DNA of 64,000 nt from Hemiscyllium ocellatum. Taxonomy: Eukaryota. Position 1 is the first letter of the stretch, and every line of letters begins with the position of its first letter. A model generated the notes under the pieces. That model did no database searches. It saw only the letters and a program-made list of their open reading frames with translations, and was not told the DNA's origin. The DNA is taken from positions 18,620,341 through 18,684,340 of the forward strand of contig NC_083409.1 in the NCBI RefSeq assembly GCF_020745735.1, given 5' to 3'. Made by a program: the position numbers and the translations under genes. Shown piece by piece: positions 12,271 through 22,812 of this stretch.

Positions 12271-14868
12271 GACTTCTGGACAGTTTCCCCCAAAACCCTG
12301 GAACACTGAACCCACTGGACTGTGAGCCCTGCTGGAGCTGTTTGTCATCAGAAATTTGCCAAGAGACAACCAAAGAGTGGAGAGAGTGTGCATCCATGTG
12401 GGAATTTCAGAATGCTTCCTAGCTCCTGGAATACCTTTAGTACAGGAAGTGTGGTCAGTGACAGCAGTTGGAGCTCTGGGTTTTGGAGCTTAAGCAGCAG
12501 CTGGTGTCAGTGCGGAGCGTCCGTGAGGCTGAGAGCTCTGTGGAGAGCACGTTTCTAGATGTGGTCACTCTGCAGCTTCAGAGTATGCAGGGTCAGAGGG
12601 AATGGGGGAGCAGCAGACAGTCCAGAAGAAGCAGGCAGCTAGTACAGGAATCCCCTGACTGTATCCCACTCTCCAACCAGGATTCAGTTTGGAATCCTGA
12701 TGAGAATGATGGGAGTGTAGCCAGAGCCAAGTCCATGGCACCATGGGGGGGCTCAGCTTTATTGGGGGTGGGGGGGGGGGGTGTGGTGGTATAAGGAAGA
12801 CTGGAAGAGTGATCGTGAAAGGAGATTCGAGAGTGAGGGCATCGATAGGTGTTTCTGCAGCTGCAGATGGGAATCCAGGATGGTGTGTTGTCTCCCTGGT
12901 GCCAGGGTGAAGGATGTCACTGAGCGACTGCGGAGCACCCTGAGGGGAGAGGGGGAACAGGCAGCAGTCGTGGTCCACATCAGTCCCAGTGACAGAGGGA
13001 GGAAAGGGATGTAGTCCTGCAGTCAGAATTTAGGGAGCTCAGAAGGGAAATAACATCAGAAACTCAAAAGTAGGAATCTTCAGGTTACTCCCAGTGCCCC
13101 AGGCAAGTGAGAAGAGGAGCAGGAGGATAACACAAGTGACTGTGGGGCTGGAAAGAGTATCCAGGAGGGAGGTTTTAGATTCTTGTGACATTGGGGCTGG
13201 GTCTGGGGGAGATGGGACCTGGGTAGACCAGACAGCGTTGCTCCTGAACAGAGCTGGCACTGAGCTCCATTGAGGTGATCTACTCGTGCTGTTGGAGAGG
13301 GTTTAAACTAACTTGGCAGGGCTGTGGGAGCCAGGAGGGAATATCGGAGAGGAACACCAAGATCCACAGAATCATCAGTGCAGTCAATAAGTCACCATCC
13401 AGTGGGAAGGATTTAGAGGAATACGTTTGCAAGGAATTTACAGAGACCTGCAAATATAAATAGGGTGGGGGGGAATGTCTTTAATTTCTCAATATAGACT
13501 GGGATAGTAGCAGTGTGAAGGACAGAGAGGGACCAGAGTTGTGAGAGTGTGTTCATGTGAATTTTCCCCAGCCGCATGTTTCCAGTCCAATGAGAAAGGA
13601 GGCTCTGCTAGATCTGGATCTTGGCCCAAGTGGATCAAGTGTCAGAGAGAGGACACTTAAGGAAGAGTGATCATTGTATCACAAAGTTGAGGGTGATGGT
13701 AGAAAAGACCAAATGCCTTTTCAGGGTCAAACATCTTCACTGTGGAAAATGCCAGCTTCTATAGGATATGGATGTAACGGATCCGAATAAAGTGGGATCA
13801 AACGTTGGCAGGAAAGTCCTGAAAAGAATAGTAGAGGATGTGGACCAGGTATAGTCGAGATACATTTGAAGGAGGGCAAACAATTCCTGAACTTACTCAA
13901 GGGCAAAAGTGGTAGAATTATGGTAAATAAGAAAAGGGAAAAGAGTAACTAGAGAGAGAATAGGGCCCCATGAAGATGAACAATGTACCTCTGGGTGGAT
14001 CCACAGGAAATGGTTTAAGTCTTAAATGAATATTCCAGGTCAGTATTTATCATGGAGAAGGACATGGAAATTTGGGAACTTTGGAAGTAAATAGTAATGT
14101 CTTGACACAAGTCCACATTACAGAAGAGGATTTCTTAAAGTGCAAGATGGTAGATGAATCTCCAGGACCTGATCAGGTGTATCCCAGGACATTGTGGAAA
14201 CCTAGGAAAGAGATTGCTGGATCCCTTGCTGAGGTATGTTTCTGATTGACAGCCATGAGTGAGGTTCTGGAGAACAGAGAGGTTGGCTAATGTTAGCCAT
14301 TGTTAAGGAAAAGCCAGGGAACTATAAACCAGTGAGCCTGATGTCATTGCTGGGTAAGTTATTGGAGTGAATTCTGAGGGACAGGATTTACATGCATTTG
14401 GACAATCAATGCAGTTTTGTGCATGGTAATCGTGTCTCACGAACGTGATTGAGGTTGTTTGAAGAGAAGATTGATGTCAGCAGAACAGTAGACACTGTCT
14501 ATATGGACTTCAGCAAAGCATTTGACAAGGTTCCACATGATAGACTGATTAGTAAGATTAGGCCACATGGGATCCAGGGGGAGCTAGCCATTTGGGTAAA
14601 AAAATGACTTCAAGATAGGAGACAGAGAGTGGTGGTAAGGGGTTGCTTTTCAGACTGGAGATCAGATGTCAGCTGTGTGCCACAAGGATTGGTGCTGGTT
14701 CCACGGCTTTTCATCATTTAAATACATGATTTGGATGTGAATATAAGAATTATAGCGAGTTTGTAAATGACCCCAAAATTGGTGGTACAGTGGATAGTGA
14801 AGAAGCATATCTGAGAGTACAGTGGGACCTTGATCATTTGGGGAAATGGGCAGAGGTGTGGCAAATGG

Positions 14869-15075
14869 ACAAAAGTGCAGACTGCAGATGCTGGAAACCA
14901 GAGTTTAGATCAGAGTGGTGCTAGAAAAGCACAGCATGTCAGGCAGCATCCGAGGAGCAGAAAAATCGACTTTTCGGCTAGAGGAATACTGATGAAGGGC
15001 CCGAAACATCGATTTTCCTGCTCCTTGGATGTTGCCTGACCTGCTGTGCTTTTCCAGCACCGCTCTGATCTAAAC
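14869..15075. mobile_element. Palindromic Penelope-terminal insertion with 13 bp TSD inside CR1
   Basis: Arms 14903-15075. Flanks GTGTGGCAAATGG (14856-14868) and GTGTGACAAATGG (15076-15088). Confidence 0.8.
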
Positions 15076-15198
15076 GTGTGACAAATGGAGTTCAATTTAG
15101 ATAAATGTGAGATGTTGCATTTTGGAAAGTCAAACCAGGGCAGGACTTATACTGTTAATGGTGGGGCCCTGTGGGGTGTTGCTCAACAAAGTGACCTC

Positions 15199-15260
15199 AG
15201 GGTGCAGGGGCAGGGGCAAGTGCAGGGTGCAGGGGCAGGGGGCAGGGGCAGGAGCAGGGG
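15199..15260 (+). repeat. (GCAGGGG)n-like G-rich tandem expansion
   Basis: About nine degenerate GCAGGG(G) units expanded from the CR1 GGGTGCAGG motif. Confidence 0.85.
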
Positions 15261-16154
15261 CATTATTCCTTGACAGTGGAGTCACAGGGAGACAGAGAGA
15301 TGAAGAAGGTGTTGGGTACACTTGCCTTTATTGGTCACTGCACTAAGTATCAGAGTTGGGACATCATTAACAGCTGTACAGGAAATTGGTGAGGCTATTT
15401 GGGAATAACGTGGACAATTCTGATCATCCTGTGATAGGAAGGATGCTGTTAAACTTAAAATTCTGCAGAAAAGATTTACATGGATGTTGCCTGGAACTGG
15501 AGGGTTTGAACTGTCGGAAGAGGTTATTTTTCCTGCAGGATCGGAGACTGAGGGGTGGCCTTATAGATGTTTATAAAATCTTGACAGGCATGGACAGGGT
15601 GTATATCCCAGGTCTTTGCCTTGGGAAAGGGAATGCAAAACTAGAGGGTATAGGTTTAAGATGAGAGGCAAAAGATCCAAAAGGGACCTAAGGGGTAACT
15701 TGTCACACAGAGGGTGGTGCGTGTCCGGATCGTGCTGTCAGAGAAAGTGCTGGAGACGGATACAATTATAACATTTAAAAGATGTTTGGATGGGTACATG
15801 AATAGGAAGGGTTTAGAGGGATGTGGGCTAAATGCTGGCAAATGGGATGAGGTCAGTTTTGGATATCTAGTTAGCATGGAGGAGTTAGACTGAAAGATCT
15901 GTTTCCACGCTGTCTGACTCTGTGAACATTAGTGGCTGGAAAAGCTGAGATCTTTTACCCTGAAGGGCCGGAGGCTGAGGAGTGACCTTACAGAGGTTTA
16001 TAAAATCATGAGGGACATAAATAATGTGAATAATGCAGGAAGGAGGTGAATGTTTTGTAGAGCTGGTAAACATATGCACAAAGATCATTCCAGGGATGAG
16101 GAATATCAGTTCTGAAGATAGATTGGAGAATTTGGGACTGTCTTCTTTGGAGAA

Positions 16155-16356
16155 AGTTACAGATCACACAACATCAGGTTATAGTCCAACAGGTTGATGT
16201 GGAAGCACTAGCTTTTGGAGCGCCGCTGACAATCATTTGATGAAGGAGGGGCGCTCCGAAAGCTGGTGCTTCCAAATAAACCCCCTGTTGGACTATAACC
16301 TGGTGTTGTGTGATTTTTAACTTTGTCCACCCCAGTCCAACACCGGCACCTCCAAG
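16155..16356. mobile_element. Palindromic Penelope-terminal insertion (second subfamily) with 11 bp TSD inside a CR1 3' fragment (16100-16760)
   Basis: Arms 16163-16314. TCTTTGGAGAA at 16144-16154 and 16357-16367. Absent from the homologous CR1 in the right arm (~48040-48070). Confidence 0.8.
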
Positions 16357-16783
16357 TCTTTGGAGAAGGCAGCGAGGAGAATTGTTCCAGAAATTCAAAA
16401 TCAGGAGGGGGCCTGGAACAGAGAATAGGGAGAAAATGATTCCACTTGTGAAAGGATTGAGACCGAGAGGCCACAGATTGAAAGTAATTGGAAAAGTACG
16501 AAAAGTGAGATGAGGGAAAACATTTTCAGCCAGTGGGTGGTTAAGGTGTGGAGTGCACTGCCTGAGAGTGTGGTGGAGGCAGCTTCAATTGAAACATTCC
16601 GAAGGGAATGAGACTGTTATCTGAAAAGGAACAATGTGCAGGGTGACAGGGAGAAGGCAGGAGAATGACACTCAGTCAATTGCTCATTCGGAGAGCTAGT
16701 CCAGACAGGATGGACGGAATGGCCTCTTGTGCACTGTAACAGTTCTGTGATTGTGTGATTGAGCAGAGCTAAAGCTGGGGGAG

Positions 16784-16989
16784 GTGGGAGCTCGGTGTCT
16801 CACTGTGCTGCTGCTGCTGCTGCTGAGATCAGTGAGATCAGAGACTGGGACAGGGAGCCAGAGCTCACATCAAACTTTGCCCGTGTCCGTCACACTGAGA
16901 CTGGCAGGAGGTTACTCACTGATTTCACTCCATGCTGCAGGAATGGGACCACAGGCTGCAAATGGACAGAGCTCCTCCACACGGTGAGT
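16784..16989 (+). other. Conserved intronic island: antisense signal-peptide-like ORF ending in a splice donor, or an intronic enhancer
   Basis: GTG start, GARCLTVLLLLLLRSVRS..., donor CG/GTGAGT at 16984; ~97% identical to 47402-47616. Confidence 0.4.
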
Positions 16990-17181
16990 AAAACTTACTG
17001 ACTTATATCTTGCTTTTTTTAAAGAGGGCATGAAAGTAAAGAAATACAGCTGGACACCCTGTTAGACACATTTCATTCTCTGCAGCTTCCCACTAACACC
17101 TTCAACAAATCAGCAACTGTATTTTAGAAAGTGTGTTTCAGTATTGAAAGGGTTAATAACAGAGGATTGAGGTTTACTTAC

Positions 17182-17216
17182 TCAGTCTGAGCTTGGTTCC
17201 TTTACCGAACGTAAGC
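17182..17216 (-). CDS. IGKJ: Ig kappa J segment, cluster 1 (LTFGKGTKLRL)
   Basis: FGXG motif, donor A/GTAAGT, preceded by a 23-RSS. Confidence 0.97.
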
Positions 17217-17255
17217 CACAGTGAGAGCTCCCAGTGCAGAGGCTGTACAAAAACC
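17217..17255 (-). other. 23-RSS of J1
   Basis: CACAGTG (17217-17223), 23 nt spacer, ACAAAAACC (17247-17255); perfect consensus. Confidence 0.97.
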
Positions 17256-17691
17256 TCAGCTCTCTGCTTCCCTCTTATCACTGTCAACCTCTCCCTGTCT
17301 CTGTGTGTCTATCGCTCACTCTCACCCTCTCCCTGCCCCTCTCTGTTTCTCCCTCATTCATGTGTCTTTCTCTCTCTGTCTCTCTGGGTTGTTTCCAGCT
17401 GGGCACGGGAGGTTTGTGAAATTTATTTTTCGATGTTAAATCTTGAGGCAGCTCTTCACATGTGGCCATGGAGAGTAAGAGGGAAACTTGAGGCCTTCAG
17501 TGAGCGTTGAGACACCACAGGGACTGGAGTGTGTCGTGGACAGTGGAAATCCCAGTTTGGGGTAATTTGATCAGTTTCATTCAGATCTAACTGGATATAT
17601 CACTTCAGGCGGTGAGACTGTGTGTTCATTATTATACATTTTATGTAACTGTGCGATGTGTCAGTCCAGGAGGTGGTGTTGTGCGTGTTGA

Positions 17692-17719
17692 GGTTTTTGT
17701 ACAGCTCTGTGTCACTGTG
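17692..17719 (-). other. 12-RSS of V1
   Basis: On the minus strand CACAGTG-ACACAGAGCTGT-ACAAAAACC; perfect consensus. Confidence 0.97.
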
Positions 17720-18018
17720 TCGAGGGGAGCTGTAATGCTGCTGACAGTAATAGTCAGCGACATCCTCATTCTGAACGTTGCTGATTGTCAGGGTGTAACT
17801 GGTCCCTGATCCACTGCCGGTGAATCGATCGGAGACTCCTGTGAATCGAGTTGCTGCATTGTAGATCAGGAGAGAGGGTTTCTGACCTTCTCGCTGCTGG
17901 TACCAAGCAAGGTAGCTGCTAATGCTTTGACTGGCCTTACAGGTGATGGTTGCGGTCTGGCCCAGTCCCACTGACAGCACCGGGGGAGACTGGGTCATGA
18001 TGATGTCCCCACTGATAC
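17720..18018 (-). CDS. IGKV: Ig kappa V exon, cluster 1 (unrearranged)
   Basis: Acceptor [108 protein letters not shown]: C23, W35, YYC intact. Confidence 0.97.
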
Positions 18019-18204
18019 CTGAGGGGTCAGAGAGAAACACAGTGAAGTCAGAACTGTCACACAAAGAGCCTGTCAAATGAGAGATTGTTGGAGACTCTGA
18101 GCATTCCTCTGGTTTCAGCATTTTCCCTTCAATCACAAGTCAGTGGAATTGGAGTGAAATGGAGAGCAGCTAAAGATTCAAGGTGGAAGGAGAGAGATTT
18201 GTAC

Positions 18205-18253
18205 CTGCAACACAGAATGCCAGGGGCCAGATCAGCTGGATGTGTGAAATCAT
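18205..18253 (-). CDS. IGKV: Leader exon of V1 (MISHIQLIWPLAFCVA-G)
   Basis: ATG in ACACCATG context, 49 nt, phase-1 donor G/GTACAA, 186 nt intron. Confidence 0.93.
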
Positions 18254-18313
18254 GGTGTGTGCTCCTGTCCCTGTGCCTGGTTCCTGATAAACTCTCCCTT
18301 CACTGGGTTCTGC

Positions 18314-18406
18314 TTTATAAAGCTGCAGCCTGTGAGAGTCTGACTGGGTGTTCCTCAGTATGTAAATGGCATCAGGCAGAGAGAGCCACGTCAGCCCCTC
18401 ACACTT

Positions 18407-18412
<6 letters not shown>
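18314..18412 (-). promoter_or_regulatory. V1 promoter: PU-box, TGACGTGG, octamer variant ATTTACAT, TATA
   Basis: AAGAGGAAGTG 18402-18412, TGACGTGG 18386-18393, ATTTACAT 18360-18367, TTTATAAA 18314-18321; same order and spacing in cluster 2. Confidence 0.7.

Positions 18413-18440
<28 letters not shown>
18412..18440. repeat. (CT)n microsatellite abutting the V1 promoter
   Basis: About 14 CT units; the equivalent tract in cluster 2 is short and interrupted. Confidence 0.9.
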
Positions 18441-18445
<5 letters not shown>

Positions 18446-18499
18446 AGAGTCATTGATGTGAACAACATTGAATGAGGCCATTTGGCCCATTGTGTCTGT

Positions 18500-19460
18500 G
18501 CTGGTAAACAGCGATCTGATGACACTAATCCCATCCTCCAGCTCTTGGCCCGTTACCCTGGAGGTTACAACAACACAAGGGAATATCTAAACACTGCTCC
18601 AATGTCACGAGAGTTTGTGACTCAACCAGCCTTTCAGGCAGTGAGTTCCAGACTCCCACCACCCTCTGGGTGAAAACATTTCTTCTCAACTCTCCTCCCA
18701 CTCTCCAACTCGCCTGGCCATGGACTCACTCGTGTTCAGAACGATGAGAGGGGATCTGATTGAAACATATAAAATTGTAACAGGGCTGGGCAGGGAGGAG
18801 GTTTCCCCTGGTTGGGGAGTCTGGAACCAGGGGACACAGGCTCAGGGGGATAGAGGGTAGACCATTTAGGACTGAGATGAGGAAACATTTCTTCACTCAG
18901 AGGGTGGTCAACCTGTGGAATTCGCTACCACTGAAGGCTGTGGAGGACAAGGAACTGAATACATTCAAGAAAACAAGAGAGAGATAATTGTTTTGCATTT
19001 TAACAGCTTGAAGAGAATGGGGAGAAGGCAGGAATATGGCTTTGAGAGAGAGGATCATCCATAGATCATAGAATGCCTACAGTGTGGAAACAGGCCATTT
19101 GGCCCGACAAGCCCACACTGACCCTCGAAGAAATGATGACATTCAAAAATTGATACAGCCATGATCATACTGAATGACAGAGCAGACTCAAAGGGCCGAA
19201 TGGCCTACTGCTGCTCCAAGTTTCTACGTGTCCATGTCTGTGTTACCTTCAATCTCTGTACCAGGTTTTTAAGTCTTTTACTCATGTAAAAAGTGCCATC
19301 CTACCTACCCTGTCACTGTTCTGAATAATCTTATCCCTCTCTATCAGGTCCCTGTTAAGCCTTCACTGCTCAAAGCTCACATTCAGGCAGCATCCTGGGA
19401 AATCTCCCCTGTACCCTCTCAGGTACAATCACATTCTTCCCAGAGTGTGGTGACCAGGAC
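18500..19460. mobile_element. CR1 3' fragments in mixed orientation, shared with 45020-45900
   Basis: FFTQRVVNLWNSLP-type coding remnants and CR1 tails, homologous between the arms. Confidence 0.75.
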
Positions 19461-20198
19461 CTGTCCCTCTCTCTCTCTGACTCACATCTGCCATTTCTTT
19501 CTCTCTACCTCTACCTCTCTCTCCCACTGTTAATCTCTTTCATGTTCTCTCTCTCTCTCTCTCCCTCTCTCTCACACACACACACACACACACTCTGTCT
19601 CATAGCCACTCTCTCCAACTCACTGATGCTTTCTCACTCCATCTTATCATCTGTTTCTCCATCTCTCACTGTCTCTGTTACTCGCTCCCTCTCTCACTTC
19701 AATTAAAAGCCTCCAATTGTTATCTGTCACTCTCTATTCCTCCCTCTTTCTCTCTCCTTCCCTCTCGACCTCCCAATTTACAGTCTCTCTCCCTCTCTCT
19801 CTCTGTCATTATAAATCTACCCATACTCATCTCTCTCTCACACTCAACCCTACCCTCCCTCTCAACTCTCTTCATGCTTAGTCTCACACCCATCCTGTCT
19901 CTCACTCTCTCTCTCTCTCTCCTTGTCTCTTTCTCTCTCTCCATCCCTCTCAGTCACACTGTCTCACATCTTGTTTCACTCTCTATCCCTCAGCCTCACC
20001 ATTTCTACCTCCCTCTAACTCTCTCGGTCCCCTCACATATCTTACACCGTATCAGATGCTCGTCCCTCTATCTCTCTCTCTCACTTTCTTCCTTTCTTTC
20101 TCTCTCTCTCACTCACACACACACACACACACGCACGCCCACACTCACTATTTTTCCCTCCATCTCTCTCTCTGCCTCACTGCTCTCTCTTTCTGACA
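19460..20198. repeat. CT/CA-rich low-complexity tract; mirror at 44680-45020
   Basis: Long polypyrimidine runs with (CT)n and (CA)n. Confidence 0.9.
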
Positions 20199-21059
20199 GT
20201 GTCCTGGGTGGTGACAGTTGAATGCAGGATAAATCTCCCTCTGCTCTGCTCCACTAATGGATGTTAACCCTTGACCCCTGTCTTCTTCTGGAGTAAGGCC
20301 CCATTTCCACGTTGACCAGGGTTTGGCCTCTCTCAGGAAGATGGACAGATTCTGGTCAAATGAAGTGCAGTTCTGTGCTGTTCTGTGCTGTTGGCCTATT
20401 CTCACTGGGGACTGGTTTGGACACAAAGCTCATTCCATGAAGGCCCAGCAGAGAGAGGAGATCCTCAGATCATCAGTGTGAGTTGGAGGCACAGGACAAG
20501 CTCTGACCCACTGACCCATCCTGTCCATTCACAACATGTTCCAATCCCTTCCCCTCTCCTTCCCCTTCCATGGTCAGTCTTTTCTGAATGGAGTGGTCCC
20601 TTCCCTGTCTCACACCAAGGAGGAGATGGACAGATATTTAATGGGTAATGGGTTAAAGGATGATGGAGAGTGAGCAGGAAAGTGGAGTTGAGTCTGAGAT
20701 GGGATCAGCCATGATTGTATTAAATGGTGGAGTGGGCTCGAGGGGCTGAATTGCCTGCTCCTGCTCCTAGTTCTTATGTTCCTCCACCCTCTCCCCCATC
20801 CCTCTTACTGCAACTTTGTGAACATTCGTGGAATGTTTGGACATTGAACGAGTTATGTGAATTCAAGATTTGTGTGGATTTAATGTGGGGACAGAATTGC
20901 ACACGGGCTGTGATAGCTCCTGCGGTTGAATATCCTGCTGGCAGGCTTCCGCCTTCCATATACAGAATGGGGAAGTGGGGGAGGTGGGAATGTACTGCTG
21001 GGGTACACGGCACTGTCCTCTAGCAATGTGGTTGACTCTCTAGTGCCCTCTGAAATGGC

Positions 21060-22330
21060 CGCGCAAGGCTCTCAGTTGTATCAATTGTGACAATGTTTCA
21101 ACAAAGAAATGAGACCGGACGGACCACAGGCATCGATCTAGACACCGAAAAGACAATGACAGAAACAGTCCTGTCTACCCTGCTCCATCCTCCTTACTGA
21201 CATCTGGGAGTTAGTGCCAAATTCAGCAAAGCTGTCTCACAGACTAGTCAAGCAACAGCCTGACACTGTCATACTCACAGAACCATACAGACAATGTCCC
21301 AGACACCACCATCACTGTCCCTGCATGTGTCCTGTCCCACCAGAAAGGCAGACCCAGCAGAGCTGATGACACAGTGGTCTACAGCCAGAAGGGAGTTACC
21401 CTGGGAAATCTCAAAGCTGGCTCTGGACCTCATGACACCAGGTTAAACATGGGCGAGGAAACCTCCTGGTGATTACAAGATATCTTGCTCCCTCGGCTGA
21501 TGAATCAGTCTCTCCTAGATGTTGAACAACATTTGGAGGAAGCACTGAGGGTGATGACAGCAGAGAGTGTACTCTGGGTGGGGGGTTTCAATGTCCACCA
21601 CTGAGAGTGGCTCGGCAGCAGCATTACTGATCGAGCTGGTTGGTTCCTCATGGATGTAGCTGAGGGACTGGCTCTGCAGCTGGAACCAAAATGATGGAAA
21701 AAGATGCTTGACCCCATCCTCACCAATCTTGTGGCTGTAGATGCATCTGTCCTTGACAGTGTTGGTAAGAGTGACCATCACACAGTCCTTGTGGAAACAA
21801 AGTCTGACCTTCACATTGAGAATCCCCTCCATTGTGTTGTGTGGTACTATCACCGTACTAAATAGGACAGACTCCAAACAGATATTGCAACTCAAGGCAA
21901 ACTCGTAAATGGGGATGATTGCCAAAGATTGCATAATGCTCAGCACTCTTCTCAACTCCTCAGATACTGAAGCAGTCCACGTGCAAATGCAACAATATCT
22001 GGACAATATCCAGGTTTTGTCTGAGAAGTGACATTTCCCATTGGTGCCATGCAAATGCCAGCCAATCACCATCACCAATAAGAGACAAACTTAACATCGC
22101 CCCTTGACAATCAATGCTATTACCATCACTGAATCCCTACGATCAACATTCTTGAGGTGCCATTGACCAGAAACACAACTGGATTCACCAAAGAAACACA
22201 GTGGTTACAAGAGCAAGTTAGAGGCTAGGAATACTGCATCCAGTAATTCAACTCCTGATCCCCCAAAGCCTGTCAACCAAGTCAGGAGTGTGAGCAAATA
22301 CTCCCCACTTGCCTGGACAGGTGCAGCTCC
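21060..22330 (+). mobile_element. Non-LTR retrotransposon relic (APE endonuclease plus 3' part); related fragment at 41200-41730 (+)
   Basis: Degenerate GGFNVHH.EW, LDPILTN and SDHHTVLVET endonuclease motifs; family not resolved. Confidence 0.65.
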
Positions 22331-22682
22331 AACAACATTCACAGAGTCATACAGCACAGGAACAAACCCTTAAGCCAAACTTCTACGTGCTGACCAGGTT
22401 TTCTGAAGTGAACTCATCTTATTTGCCTGCATTTCACACATATCCCTTGAAACCTTTCCTATCTATGTCTATTGTATCCTATGTCTTTCTTATCCACTCA
22501 AAAAGCTTGATACTATCCAGAGCAAAGCAAACTCCTTGATTGGCATCGCATTCTCAAAGCATCCAAACTCACCGTCACTGACACTCCATAGCTGCAGTGT
22601 GTATTATCGAAAAGATGTACTGCAGAAATTCATCACCGATCTTCAGATAGCACCTTCCAAACCCATGGACAAAAATAGAAAT

Positions 22683-22812
22683 TGCAGGAAAAGCTTAGCA
22701 GGTCTGGCAGCATCTTGGAGAGAAATCAGAATTAACATTTCGGGTTGAGCATGAAATATTAACTCTGATTTCTCTTCACAGATGCTGCCAGGCCTGCTGA
22801 GCTTTTCCAGCA
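22683..22812. mobile_element. Palindromic Penelope-terminal mini-element (third subfamily)
   Basis: GGAAAAGCTTAGCAGGTCTGGCAGCATCT versus AGATGCTGCCAGGCCTGCTGAGCTTTTCC. Confidence 0.7.

Larger units (their letters stand above)
12300..16100 (+). mobile_element. Near full-length decayed CR1 LINE (ORF1 with SGNH esterase, then ORF2); ORF1 part shared with 48250-49380 (-)
   Basis: ELEQQLVSVRSVREAES coiled coil, MVCCLPGARVKDVTERL...VVVHI esterase motif, RT YMDFSKAFDKVPH, 3' tail ~15870-15920. Confidence 0.85.

Noticed and set aside
17182-18018. Germline-joined VJ genes or D segments
   Set aside because: Both clusters have separate V and J with intact RSS ~0.5 kb apart, and no RSS-flanked D lies between them.
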